The notes below the pieces were generated by a model. The model saw only the letters and a list, made by a program, of their open reading frames with translations, was not told the DNA's origin and did not search any database. The position numbers and the translations under genes are program-made. From Octopus vulgaris (lineage: Eukaryota): a stretch of 64,000 bases of DNA. The first letter of the stretch is position 1, and every line of letters begins with the position of its first letter. This document shows positions 1 to 12,934 of this stretch, one piece after another. Where the stretch lies: NCBI GenBank assembly GCA_951406725.2, contig OX597816.1, positions 90,458,001 to 90,522,000 on the forward strand. Reading direction: 5' to 3'.

Positions 1-107
1 AAGAAAGTGAGAAAGGAAATTGAGTGAACAATGAAGTGTAGTGAGAGAAGAGACAAAGACTTCTGGGTTAAATAATGAAGAAGCATTTAAAATGTATATG
101 ATAGTAC

Positions 108-259
108 CTTTCATCTCATTGAGAACACTTTGTACCATATAGATATCATTTGTTGCATATGCATCTAAAAACGTTTTTAAGTTGTCATGTTTAGGCTTGA
201 GAGAACGGTTTTCTTTTTTACTTTGCTCAACACGGACTTTTAAGTTACCATATTTTTCA
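108..259 (-). CDS. JmjC/cupin-like (Cupin_8-type) protein, second coding exon; gene continues beyond left edge
   Basis: Acceptor tttctatttcag at 260/261 and donor gtact at 107. The phase-2 join to the 7646 exon gives (G)EKYGNLKVRVEQSKKENRSLKPKHDNLKTFLDAYATNDIYMVQSVLNEMK, matching the YG..V.VE..KKENR...FL..Y...D.YMV pattern of invertebrate secreted JmjC proteins. Not in the ORF track. Confidence 0.8.
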
Positions 260-1027
260 CTGAAATAGAAAAAGAATATTACAATAATTAATTTAAATTC
301 CAAGATAGATAAATACTAATAAGTCTATATAGATACATGCGTGCATACTTGATGAGTTGTTATAGTGTCAAATAACAAGTACAATGTTAATTCATTTGAT
401 CTTTGAGTTAGGTTTGTAGCCAAAGAACATTGACTTAAAAAATAAAAAATAAAAAAAAGTAAAATTAGATATTGCCACACTCTGGCAGAACATATAATAC
501 CAAATATCAGCTTTGACAGTTGACAAGGATTTAGTTTTAAAACTTTGTTTAATATTTTGAAAAACAAATCAAATCACAGTTAAACAAATATCTAATTCAG
601 AAACACAACACATTAAGCCAGCTGGTGGGCTAGCACAGACTATTCATATTATTTAAAATCAGAACTCAAATTTTCAAATATCCAGCTGATGTCAACCTGA
701 ATTTCATCCATGATCAATTGATGTTATTTTTCTGACATTTTTTTAATTATTAATTGCCACAAAGATTATAACTGATTTACTGATTTTAAACAGATTTTAA
801 AAATTAATTAAACCTATGACGATGCATAATCTGTATAGAACATTTTAGTGGTCATTATATAATCTTGAAATCCCATGTGCATCATTTATCTTTTACTTGT
901 TTCAGCCATTGGACTATGGCCATACTGGGAAACTACATTGAAGGGTTTTGTTAAATGAATCAACCCCAATACTTCTTTTCTAAAACTTGGCACTTATTCT
1001 ATTGGTCTTTTTCGCCAAACCACCAAG

Positions 1028-1175
1028 TTAAAGGGATATAAATAAATCATCACCTGTTGACAAGTAGTGGTGAGGGATAAACACAAACACACACACACAC
1101 ACACACACAATAAGTTCCTTTTGGTGATTTGCTGTATTTGAGATATGTTGAGCTAAGTGAAATTGCACCTGTGTT

Positions 1176-1209
<34 letters not shown>

Positions 1210-1287
1210 TGTGCATATCTGTATGTATTTGTGATTATCCCTCACCACTGCTTGTCAACAGGTGATGATATATTTATATCCCTTTAA
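1028..1287. repeat. Inverted duplication of a SINE segment (60-bp arms, 3 mismatches) around (CA)n/(GT)n
   Basis: 1028-1087 is the reverse complement of 1228-1287 except at 3 positions. Confidence 0.9.
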
Positions 1288-1589
1288 TTGGTGGTTGGCA
1301 AGCCAGAAGGCTGCACCAGGCTCCAATCCGATCTGGCAATGTTTCTACAGCTGGATGCCCTTCCTAATGCCAACCATTCAGAGAGTGTAGTGAGTGCTTT
1401 TTACATGCCACTGGCAACGATCACACTCAAGTGGTGCTTTTTACGTGCCACTGGCATGGGTACCAATCAGGCGGTAGTGTCATCGGCCACAACAAATCTT
1501 CGAAAGCACAGGTTATTGCCCAATGATTGAAGGGTACTCTTAAATGGGCTGGTTAAATGGGCATGGTTACTGATTCACTTGGCTTGCCG

Positions 1590-2235
1590 GGTCTTCTCAA
1601 GCACAGCATATCTCCAAAGGTCTTGGTCACTTGTCATTGCTCAACGTTCAAAGGTCATGCTTCATCACCACATACCAGGTCTTCCTCTTCCACAGGATCC
1701 CGCTACTGCTAGGGTGTGGCACATCCATACACAACACGTGACCATACCAGCGCAGTCATCTCTCTTGCACACCACATCTGATGCTTCTTATGTCCAACTT
1801 TTCTCTCAAGGCGCTTACTTTCTGACATTACACTTCCAGCAGAGCATACTAGCTAATTCCTTGCAAGTTTACCCATGTCCTCAGCAGTCACGGGCCATGT
1901 TTCACTACCACATAGCACTCTCCTGTTCAAAGAGGCGACTATGTATAAAACTGTATATAACAATAACATTTTATTTATTTATTTTTTACATGGCTTAAAC
2001 ACATTATTCTCTTCTCCTGCCAATAAATTTCATTTGATTTGAAGACTTTGGCTTTGCTACATTGACTCTAAGGCCCTTCAATTCTAGACCTTGCTTCCAC
2101 ACCTGAAACTTCTTCTCTAGTTCTGATAGTGACTCAGCTATTAGAGCAAGGTCATCAGCATAGAGAAGCTCCCAGGGGCATCCTGTCTTGAATTCCTCTG
2201 TTATTGCTTGGAGGACTATGATAAATAAAAGAGGG
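1590..2235 (-). mobile_element. Degenerate RTE-clade LINE fragments
   Basis: The minus strand encodes LLYADDLALIAES (~2130-2170) plus RT C-terminal remnants. It is adjacent to the RTE-type 3' repeat at 1290-1590. Confidence 0.7.
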
Positions 2236-2261
2236 TCATGGAGTGTTCACCAGATCGGTAG

Positions 2262-3040
2262 ACAAGCTGGCAGAATCGTTAGCACACCAGGTAAAATGCT
2301 CAGTGGCATTTTGTCTGTCTTTATGCTCTGAATTCAAATTCCACTGAGGTCGACTTTACCTTTCATCCTTTTGAGGTTGATAAATTAAGTATCAGTTGAT
2401 CATGGTGGTTGATATGATCAACTAGACCCTGACTCCTCATTTCAAGCCTTGTGCCTATAGTAGAAAGGATTATTATCATTATCATTATTAAGGCAGCAAG
2501 CTGGCAAAATTGTTAGCATGCCAGGCTTAGCAGTATTTCATCTGTCTTTACGTTCTGAGTTCAAATTCTGTCAAGGTCAACTTTGCCTTTCATCCTTTCA
2601 GAGTCAATAAAATAAGTACCAGTTGAGTACTGGGGTCAATGTAATCAATCCATCCCATGAAACTACTGACCTAATGCCAAATATTGAAATAATTGTCATC
2701 ATCGCTGCCGTCATCATCATCATTATTATTGTTAGGGTAGTGGATTGGTGGAACAGTTAGAGTGTCATACAAACTGCTTTATGGTATTTGTGCTGGCTTT
2801 TTATGTTCTGAGTTCAAATCCCATTAGAGTCAACTTTGCTTTTCCACCCTCTGGGGATAATGAAATAAAGTACCAGTCAAGAATTTGAGTAGCTAGCCCT
2901 TCCCTCAAATTTCTACTTTCTGAGTTCAAGTTTACCTTTCAACCCTCCAAGGATAATATAAGTACCAGTCATACTGGAAGTCAATATAATTAACTAATCC
3001 TCTCCTAGTAAATTTCCAACCTTGTGCCTATGCTAGAAGA
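2262..3040 (+). mobile_element. Cluster of 3-4 tandem SINE copies (Nin/Deu-domain-like family)
   Basis: Repeated aagctggcagaatcgttagca...gagttcaaattc...gactttgcctttcatcctt...gataaa..aagtaccagt, the same family as 12935-13168. Confidence 0.8.
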
Positions 3041-3078
3041 AAATCATTTTATTATTTTTATTATTATTATTATTATTA

Positions 3079-3448
3079 TTACCTCTGCCTTAGTGAAGGC
3101 AGAGTTGTTGTTTTCAGTCATGTTTGTTTGCTTGTTTGTTTGTTTATCCATTGACAAGACATCTCAAGAACCGCTGGATGAATTCAGATTAAACTTTCAG
3201 AGATGTTTGGCCTCATAACTGATTAGATTTTGGGATCAATCTGGTACCGGACAAGGATTCTGAATTAGTTTTCCTGTTTTTTTTAACTTGATTTTTGAGA
3301 GCAATTGGGTTCGTTTTTAGTATTCTTGTCTGTAAGTGCAATAGAGTTTATTTCAGATATTCTCATTTTAAAAATCATCTCTGGCTAATCGTTGAGAAGA
3401 GTTTGGTGTTGCCTTGGCAGAGGTTTGTGCCCTCTGAGTGCTCTTGTT
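3079..3448 (+). mobile_element. Helentron-associated interspersed element (HINE/DINE-like)
   Basis: 5' subTIR ACCTCTGCC (3081) within the hairpin CTCTGCCTTagtgAAGGCAGAG, then a (GTTT)n microsatellite, a 3' subTIR GGCAGAGGT (3416-3424) and a short terminal hairpin. Flanks are T-rich. Confidence 0.7.
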
Positions 3449-4328
3449 ATTATTATTCTGCCAAAGTTGACTTTGCCTTTCATCTTTTTGGGATTGATAA
3501 AATAAGTACAAGCTGAACACTGGGGTTGATGTAATCAACTCAAATCAGCCCTCCCTCAAACATGCTGGCCTTGTGCTAAAATATGAAACCATTATTCATC
3601 ATCATCATTTAGCATCCATTGTCCATGCAGGCATGGGTTGGATGGTTTGACCAGGGCTGGCAAGCTGGAAGGCTACAATAGACTCCAGTCTGATTTGGCA
3701 TGGTTTCTACAGCTAACGCCAACCACTCTGAGAGTGTAATGGGTGCTTTTACATGCCACCAGCATGGGTGCCATTTGTGTGATATCAGTATCTGCCATGA
3801 CTGCGATTTTACTTGGTTTGATGGGCCTTCTTCTGAAGCATGACATAATGCCAAAGGTCTTGGTCATTGCCTCCATGGGGCCCAACACTCAAAAGGAGTG
3901 TTTCTTGTACCGCCGGCATCAGGTAATTTGCCTCCTTGCCTCTGTGAGGTGGCACAAAAGGTACTTTTTACATGCCACCAGCACAGGTGCTAGTTATATG
4001 ACACCAGCATCAGCCACAACTATGATTTCACTTGACTTGACAGGTTTCCTCAAGTACAGCATATCGCCAAAGGTCTCAGTCATTAGTCACTACCTCTGTG
4101 AGGCCCCAAGTTTGAAGATCATAAGGCAGTGAGTTGGCTGAATTGTTAGAATGTTGGGCAAAACACTTAGCGGTATTTCGTCGGTACTTTGTAAATATAA
4201 GTTTTTCTCAAAAATGCAAAGAGTAAAACATGTTTAATATGACACATTCTACCAGTGTACGAAGTTTGAAAGTGTTTAGTTACTAAAAATTATTTTTAAA
4301 ATCTGTAGGTCAAAAGGTAAAGATCCCA

Positions 4329-4485
4329 AAAATGTAGTAATATCCAACTAGTTTTCACTATTTAAATCAGCTTTTCAAGGGACATTCTGAAGTAATCATT
4401 CCTAGAGACAAAGGAATGATTACTTCAAAATGTCCTTGAAAAGCTAATTTAAATAGCAAAAACCGGTTGGATATTACTACATTTT
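4329..4485. repeat. Long palindrome/foldback (~75-bp arms, 8-nt loop)
   Basis: 4329-4403 versus the reverse complement of 4412-4485 differs by 6 transitions and 1 indel. The loop is agagacaa. Confidence 0.95.
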
Positions 4486-4685
4486 ATGAGACATTTATCA
4501 TTCATAATGTATGTATATATATTTTTTCATAAAAAGATATTAAAAGTATGTGAAATGAAGGTATTTCTCTTCCCCTTTTTATATATGTTTTCTACATATT
4601 TTCACTTCATAATTTTGCCAGGTGGTGTATATGGATCTCCAGCATTTTCCCTTCTTTTATATTCTCATATATATATATATATATA

Positions 4686-5270
4686 CGAGCAAAACACCCA
4701 ACCCGTCCAATGAACGGTACTGAGTTGTCAAACATTTAAACCAAAATCCGCATCTCCTCAATGACCAACATTCCTGTCACAGGCATGACATCATTGCACA
4801 TGTCTCCCATCTGAAGCTTCAAAAAATGATGGATTTGGTCAGGTACGCCCAGTTGTTTGGAGCAGTTCGTTGTTTCACATACAACATGGAATGGCAGAAG
4901 AGAGGCCTACTGCATGCCCACATCCTTCTGTGGCTAAAGGTCAGGCTTTTTTGGTCTCTTAAATATACTGCAATTTGTGGCATTATTTCAAGCCAGCCGA
5001 CTTTTTTTGCGCAAACTGCATGTGCATTTTTCTCACATACAAGTAGTATTGATTGCACAGCTGATGTACTTGCACGTACAAATGCACGTTCCTACAGCTT
5101 TATTGATCGCATTCTTACCTGGAATCGATTTTAGTAATTTTTTCAAGACTTATACATGCCCTGATATCGTCGGTATCTACATATCAAATTTGAGTGCAAT
5201 CGGATGGAGGATGCCCAAGATCTTAGAAGACACACACACAGACAGACAGAACAGATTTTATATAATAGAT
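4686..5270 (-). mobile_element. Non-autonomous Helitron carrying an inverted Rep-domain fragment
   Basis: Minus-strand 5' end atctattatataaaatctgttctgtctgtct at 5270. 3' hairpin CCGTcCAaTGaACGG (~4703-4717) followed by a CTRR-like end. The + strand 4780-4940 encodes RHDIIAHV...FGAVRCFTYNMEWQKRGLLHAHILLWLK (Rep HUH motif 2). Confidence 0.7.
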
Positions 5271-5453
5271 AACCCATGCTAGCATGGAAAATGGACGTTA
5301 AATGATGATGATGATGATGATGATGATATGCATGCGTGCGTACGTACATACATACATACATGCATACCTGACAGGCTTCTTTCAGCTCCCGTCTACCAAA
5401 TTCACTCATGAGGCTTTAGTCAGCCCGAGGCTATTGTAGAAGACACTCTTTAA

Positions 5454-6526
5454 CCCTTTCGTTACCAAACCGCCCAAAGCCGCCCGAATTTACCTATTCA
5501 TATTTAAATGAGAATATCAGAGCAAATCTCTTTAGAACATTCGTGAAAACACGTAATTATGCTTCGTAAACAGTTTATCTACAGTTTTGTACAACGATCG
5601 ACATGTAATTTTAATTCCCTGAATTTTGGGAGATTTTTTTCCACATTTTTTTCGGCATTGATTTTTCTTCAACTTTGAAAATGAATAGGAGTTTCATGTT
5701 ATCAAGCATTGATTCCGAATTGGAAAATTTATGAAGCAAATACTGGGTACTGTTGTGGATTTAGTTTTTATACAGGGAAACTAATGTTAGTCAGCATGGC
5801 TTAGGTTATGATGTGATCTGGAAGTTATTGTTTGAAGCGATCAATGCGGAAACAAACTTACGCAGAATGTAAACAAACACAAAATGGGGGTTCAAATTTC
5901 GGAAAATTTGTGAAGCAAATACTGGGTACTGCGTGGATTTAGTTTTTATACAGGGAAAATAATGTTAGTCAGCATGGCCTAGGGAACGATGTGGTCTGGA
6001 ATTTATCACTTCCATACCATAACCAGGGCTGTATATTATTTTTTGACCGATTTCTTTAGTTCGGTCAAACTTACGGTGGATTCCAGTATTTCACTTTATT
6101 CCACCTTTATGGTACACCTGTTGTGCATTAAATTCAACTGATGATATAGTGATGTGCACAATTCTTCTTTATCAAAATTTTGTTGCATACTCATTTGAAT
6201 ATTAGCTGATGATTCATTTTTTATGGTGATGTTTAAACAAAATTTTAATATTTTTACCTTTTGCTCAATTTAAAATTTTAATATTTTTACCTTTTGTTCA
6301 ATTTACCTGGATTTACCTGTAATTAAAGTCACTTTGAGACAAAAGTTATGCAATAGAATTGATTAAGAACCCTTTCTTTAATTATGTTCCAAATATCACA
6401 TTAATATGTTGATAAGTAAAAAAGTTACAGTTATTTAATGAAACAAGCCTAGATTCATGATTATTTTAGAATTTAATTGAAACTCATGAGGGGTGTCTTT
6501 TGGTCAGAAATATAGTAACGAAAGGG
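5454..6526. mobile_element. Non-autonomous piggyBac-type MITE
   Basis: Perfect 12-bp TIRs CCCTTTCGTTAC (5454-5465) and GTAACGAAAGGG (6515-6526), TTAA TSD on both sides, and an internal ~105-bp direct repeat (~5722-5825 vs ~5901-6000). Confidence 0.9.
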
Positions 6527-7645
6527 TTAAAGTATAGAGCTGAATTCTGTGTAGCCACCCGTAGGCAACTTTTCTCCCCCACCCATTTTGTAGCGGGTAT
6601 TACCCATTTTCTGTGCTCTTTTCACAGCTATACCTCATTTGTAATTTGCATAATTTTTGTATGAAAAAAAAAAAAGAAAGGGAGGGGTCTTGTTTGTAGT
6701 TTGTAGAGAAAACGTTAAACATGCCTGAAAAAAAAGCATGGTCTTCCTCCCCCACCACCACCACAACTAAAAGATATGAAGAACTATGAAAGAAGGTGAA
6801 TAAGTACCAGGGATGGAGGGAAAGAAGAGAGCACTAACAGTCAGTCCTTCTAGAACTCCCAGAATAAAAACGTAAACACCTGAAAGACTTTCCCTCTATT
6901 CATTACTAAATGTCTTCCCTTTACTTCATTGTTAAAAGTAAAGAAGCTAGAAAAGATCAATGGTATTTGAGTCTAATTGTCGTTGTAAATAACTAATGCT
7001 TTCCTTTCTCTATCTCTATCACTTCACTCCTTTTCTCTACAATTGAGTTAATTTTATCCTTGTGTGGTAATGAAAAGTGAAAGTGACATCCAGTATATGC
7101 TGTAGTTATTTGTCTTTAATTTAACAATGTGTCTGTGTATCTATGTATCAGCTTTTCTTTTGATCTATGCATCTACTGTCTCTCTCAATTTCTCTCTCAT
7201 TTCTTCTGAGTCCCTCATCTCTCCTGCTTTTAATTTAACAATGTGTGCATGTATCTATGTATCAACTTTTCTTTTGATCTATGTATCTACTTTTCTTGTG
7301 ATGTGATAAACATTTAAAAACAGGACACGAATGCCATCACCACTCACTGTCTCTTTCACTCTCTCTTTCTCTCTTACTTCCTCTCTAAAGCATTTAAAAC
7401 ACAAAACGAATGCCATCATCACTCACTGTCTCTTTCTTTCTTACTTCCTCTCTGTCCTCATCTCTCTCATTTCTTCCTTTGAAGTAAGTGTGACAAATAC
7501 CACAGGTATGTACAAAAAGAACAAGTTGGTGTATTAATATTATTAATTTAAGAAAACAGCTAGTAAAATTATGCATTCGATTAAAAATTAAAAGAAACCT
7601 TTTCCATAAAAAAAAAAGTATTTTAAACATTTTCATTTGACTTAC

Positions 7646-7896
7646 CCTAAATATTCATCAGTCCAAATATTCAACATCGGAAAATTGATGTCAGTAAGAA
7701 CATTTTTCATTAATAATGGTAATTCAGGTTTAACAAAGTCATTATAAAATTCTGTTGTACTTGGAATGTAGGAAATATATTCCATCTGCTGTCCATTTTC
7801 AGAATGCTTTCCAAGTGGGAGCAGTTCTTCAGCCGAAGAAAATGCAAACAAGATTAACAAAAGAGACATCAGGTTATGCAGTTTCAATCCAGCCAT
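7646..7896 (-). CDS. JmjC/cupin-like protein, first coding exon with signal peptide
   Basis: ATG at 7896. MAGLKLHNLMSLLLILFAFSSA is a hydrophobic signal peptide, followed by LPLGKH...P...EFYNDFVKPELPLL...FP....WTDEYL (JmjC/cupin N-terminal motif). Donor GG|GTAAGT at 7645. Upstream acceptor ttttcattag at 7934, so the exon spans 7646-7933. Confidence 0.8.
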
Positions 7897-8159
7897 ATTT
7901 ATTTACTTCATACAGCTGCCATCATATTCGGTTCTAATGAAAATACAAAGAAAATAAAATAAGATTTCATAAATTTTAATACAATCTTCGCATAGATAAT
8001 TCTGTGCATTACATATCAATATACAGAAATATAGTAAACATGATATTTCCAACATAATGAAAGTGCAATTTATAGGCCAGATATATATATATTTTCTAAA
8101 TTCAACTTGAGTATTTTGATAACCACAAAACAATGCAAAGTTCTGCAAAACATGTTGTA

Positions 8160-8510
8160 AGCATGTCTCTGTGGTAAGAAACCTGCATCCCAATTATGTG
8201 GTTTTGGGTTCAGTCCCACTGCATGACACCTTGGGCAAGTGTCTTCTACTATAGTCCTGGGCTGACCAAGACCTTGTGAATGGATTTGGTTGATGGAAAC
8301 TGAAAGAAGCCTATGGTGTATGTGTGTGTGTATGTATGTTTGTGAGTTTGTCCTCCATGACCATTTGACAACCAGTGTTGGTTTGTTTACAGTCTTGTAA
8401 CTTAGTGGCTCAGCAAAACAATCTGATAAAATCAGTACTGGGATTGATTGATTTGTACAACTAAACCCTTCAAGGCAGTGCTCCAGCATGGCTGTAGTCC
8501 AATGCCTGAA
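8160..8510 (+). mobile_element. tRNA-derived SINE (abundant family; other copies at 35780-36170, 45210-45470, 30335-30690, 32220-32560, 44900-45050, 57420-57570)
   Basis: A/B-box-like head gtggtaagaa...gggttcagtccc, core ccttgggcaagtgtcttctactatag, internal microsatellite, and tail ggcagtgctccagcatggc...gtc.aatg.ctgaaa. Confidence 0.8.
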
Positions 8511-9491
8511 AAAAATTTGTGTCTATTAAAACTTTTGAATTAAGAATTTTCCTTGTACAATTAGTCTTAATATGCAGAGCACTCGAGTTTATGACAGTTA
8601 CTATGGGAATCCACCTCACATATCTTCAATATAGCCAACAGATTTTTTTTTTAATTATAAGCACAAGCTAAGATGTAAAAGAGATTCCTGGTGTTGACAT
8701 GAACTACTCAAAAAAAAAAACCCCTCTCACTTCTCACAAAATTCAACACCTAAATATGAATTAGCATCGTTGTCATTACAATGCTCACTTTTCTATGCTT
8801 GCATAGGTCAAATGAGACTTGATGAGGCAGGTTTTCTACAGCTATGTCTTCTTTTTGTTGCCAAGCAAAGCAATACTTCCTGTTTCCATGCAAAATAATA
8901 ATTCCCCATGTCCTTCAAAGAATGTACTCAGCAGTCAGCCATCTTTGCATGAAGATTGAAAACAAATGACACCATTTGTATGAATGGTGGCTTTATTTAT
9001 AATCAGTGTGGAAATGTCTAGAAGAGTACACACACACAAACGATGAGTTTCCATCAACTAAATTGACTCAAAAGGCACTGGTTGACCTTGATCTTGAAAT
9101 ATAGTAGAATATACTTGGCCCAGAATAAGCACTGTGAGACTAAACCAGAAACTATGTGCTTGTGGAACAAATTTCCTAACAAACTTGCACTTATGAGGTT
9201 CTAAGCTGTTGGAGATGCAAAACTAAATATTTTGCATCTACAATAGCTTAAAACTATTGTGCAGTTGTTTTACTATCAACATTTCTAACATCCCTTGAAG
9301 TAAAATACATTTCTTTGTCTTTTTAGTGGCCAATATATATTTTACAAAACAAGCTCAGCTGGAGATCTCTGAGTCAACTGATAATTTCCGTAAACACTAT
9401 TTTATTTCAGTTCATAGTGCTACATAGTTAATATTTTACATCAGCTACTTGTTATAAATTAGTCATATCTAAGCTTTGAGGCTTAGATATA

Positions 9492-10772
9492 TCAGATCAT
9501 CCCATAAGTTCTGTCCGAATTTTGAATAAAGAAAACAAGTGATCAAATGTTATATTTAATTGAAATTTAATCATCAATGTACTTTCCCTGATTATCTATG
9601 ACTTCCTTCCATCTATCTACAAGCTTTTTAATCCCATTAATGTAAAACTCTTTTGGTTTCAAAGTGAAGAACTCTGAAATGTCAGTTTCGACATCCTGGC
9701 TTGTGAAAGTTATGTCCTCCAAATAATTCTGTAAACTACAAAACAAATGGTAGTTTGAAGGAGCAAGGTCGGGAGAATAAGGTGGATAAGGAATTTTTTC
9801 CAACCAAGCTCTTCGATCTTCTGTGATGTGATCTTTGCAGTGTGGGGTCACGCATTGTCCTGATGAAACATCACTCCTTTTTGATTCATTAAAGCAGGTC
9901 TTTTTTTCTTCAAAGCTTGGTTCAAACACTCTAATTGCTGACAGTAAACTTGAGCATTGATTGTTGCATTAGCTAGTAACAATTCAAAGTGAATTACTTC
10001 TTTGCAATCCCACCAGATAGAGAGAAGAACCTTTTTCCCATGAAGTTCCCGTCTCGGTTGTGGTTGAGCTTTTCCCCTTTTACCAAGCCACTGTTTACGA
10101 CATTTAACATTTCAATAGAAGATCCATTTTTCATCACCAGTCACAAGTCTATCCAAAAAGGGTGAATTAAGTTTGTGAGAAAGGAGAGAAGAGCAGATGT
10201 CAACTCGGGATTTGTGGTTGCTTTCAGACAATCCATGAGGCATCCATTTTCCAAGTTTGGGAACCTTTCCAAGTTGTTGAAGATGATGATGAACAGTTGT
10301 ATGGTTTGAACTAAGCTTTATTGCCAATTCTTCAACTGATAATGCAGGATTTTCTTTAAGTAATGCCCCAGGGAGCTTATCAAACTGAACTGGACGTCCT
10401 GTTTGATCTTCATCTTCAAGGCTGAAATTTCCACTTCTGAATTTTGCAAACCATCTTCTGCAAGTTCTTTCATTCAAGCATTATTTCCCATAAACTGAAT
10501 GTATATTTCGAGTTGCTTTGGCTGCAGAGTTTCCTTTTTTGTACTCATAAAGCATTATGTGCCTCAAATGCTCTTTGGATACTTCCATATTAGAAAAGGT
10601 TTTAATCAATGAAATTTTAATTCTATTATTCTGTAAAATAATATTTAATTAGTTTAAATGTACACAAATGCATAAAAATAGTTTTTAATTCCATTAGACT
10701 TTCTAAAATACTATTAAATGTCATTCAATTTTAAAAAAGGTAAAATTGGACAGAACTTATGGGATGACCTGA
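9492..10772 (-). mobile_element. Full-length mariner (DD34D) transposon with pseudogenised transposase
   Basis: 25-bp TIRs tcagatcatcccataagttctgtcc / ggacagaacttatgggatgacctga with TA TSDs at 9490-91 and 10773-74. The transposase at 10588->9567 has W(M)PH.L, LVTGDEKW, HQDNA and PYSPDLAPS motifs, with stops and frameshifts. Confidence 0.95.
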
Positions 10773-12934
10773 TAATACTAATTTAACTGATGTGATGTTC
10801 CCTAGTATTAAAACATCAATATCAGTAAAGTATCCCATTCAATAATAGTATAGATTTCCCAGAAAGTTAATCATTTCTCAGAACCAGTTCATTCAATTTT
10901 TCCAGCTACTTCCTGTCCACTTATTACATATTCAAGAAAAATAAAATTAATCTTTTTAAAATGGGAGGGACTTGTTGCATTTCAAAAGCTTTCAACCCAA
11001 TTCTCATGCCCTATTCATGAGCTATTTCAAAGCCCTATTTTCAAACAACATTTCATGCTGGACTAATTATATTTTCATCCATACCAACTAACTTATTTCT
11101 TGAAGTTGTTTTCTAAGAGAAGATCAAAAGCAGTCAATATCAATCTACCTTGTAAATTTTAACTTCAGTAAAAAAAGGATAGTCTTGAAATTAGCTCTAA
11201 CTTAATCAGTTTCTTAGAAATAAATCTTTTTACTTTTTAGTGGTGTACCATGGGTACTTAAAGTGGGATGGATTTTAAAATCAGGTAAACTTATATGTAT
11301 GACTTGTTTTATAAAATTTATTCTGAAATAAACATCATCATCAACATTTTGCAGATACCTTTCATGACATTAACCCTCATCTGTTTCCAAGCAAGATAAG
11401 AATCTCCTGGTCTACTGAACAATGAACAGCCCAAACATGGTTACATGGAGAGCTGGAAACAAATGACACTGTTTCATTGTTTCTTTTATTCACAAAGATT
11501 GCAGAACATGTCAAAAAGCCCTGATATGCAAACTGTCTGTATGAATAGTCAGGCTTATATTTACAATCTGCAAATATGTGGAGACATGAGGGAAATATGA
11601 ACTCACTCTCACATAAAGTCATACACACACACATATATATATATATATAATAAGCCCATTATATATCTACTGTGTTTTTGTATTTGGTTTGCGGGATGTG
11701 AATTCATGTACTGAAACAAATCTTGTTTTGTCTTGGGAGGGTCATTATGCCAATAATAATAAACACATGCACTGGTTTAATATCACTTCTTTATTAGTTA
11801 GTCAATCAGTTAAATATCCAATCAACTATCTAATTGATCATTTGCTTGACCAATCTATCAATCTGCCTTGAGACTCAAGGCAGACCTTGAAGACAGAGAG
11901 AGCATGTCATTGATGAGATTGCAAATAGCGACCAAAGGACTTTCACAAACAAACAACTGACTGATTGATTAACCAATTCATCCCCGTGTTCGATTCAGGT
12001 AATGTGATGTTGGGAAGCCACAAAAATGGCAAAATATCGGCATCCATCACACCAGAATTTGATTGGAGGTGAGTTATCTCACCTGTCTAGACTTTCAGGT
12101 GTTTTAGCACCCAGCATAAAGAAGGAGTCTTCCCCTAGGTGCTATACTGTAGCAAACAAACTAAATGTATACATTGAGTATGTGTGGTCAATAATATATA
12201 TATATATGGATCAAAACAGTTTGATTCAAGTTCATTGGTACTCCAAGTTTCAAGCGTGATGCTAATCTTCAGCCATTCAAGTTCATTCTTGAAACTCGGA
12301 GTACCAATGAATTGAATCAACCTGTTTTGACCCAAACATGTAACTCCCAATAAATTTGTTGAGTGCCCTTCTTTTGTCCACTCACTTGTGCATTTATATA
12401 TATATATTTTATATATACACACACATTAAATCAAGAAACTGCTACACAATTTAATGTCTACTTTTCCATACTCACATTGGTCAGATGGTATTTCTCGAGG
12501 CAGATTTTCTGAGGCCTGATACTATTGCCAATAATTATGTTTCCAAACATCAAAATATTTTTTTCTGGCCAATATGATGCTCATCTATAATCATCTTTTG
12601 ATTTCAAGACATAAGTATGGACAGGCATACACACATATTGAGCCTTCTTTCAGTTTTTATCAACCACATCCACTCACATTGCTATGCAGTGGGATTGACA
12701 CTGAGACCACACAGTTGGGAAGCAAGCTTCTTAGCCACATCATCACCTCACATGCTTGAGGTGAATTTTCTTTCTACAAAGAAAATTTCAATTTTTCCCA
12801 TTCTTGATTTTTGAGTTTGAAACCTAACCTTTTTACACCTCATGGCAATTGGATAACATTACATTTTGGATGAATTCTATAAATTAGTTTGCTTAGTCCT
12901 GCTATATATCACAATGTCACTATATCACTAAAGA

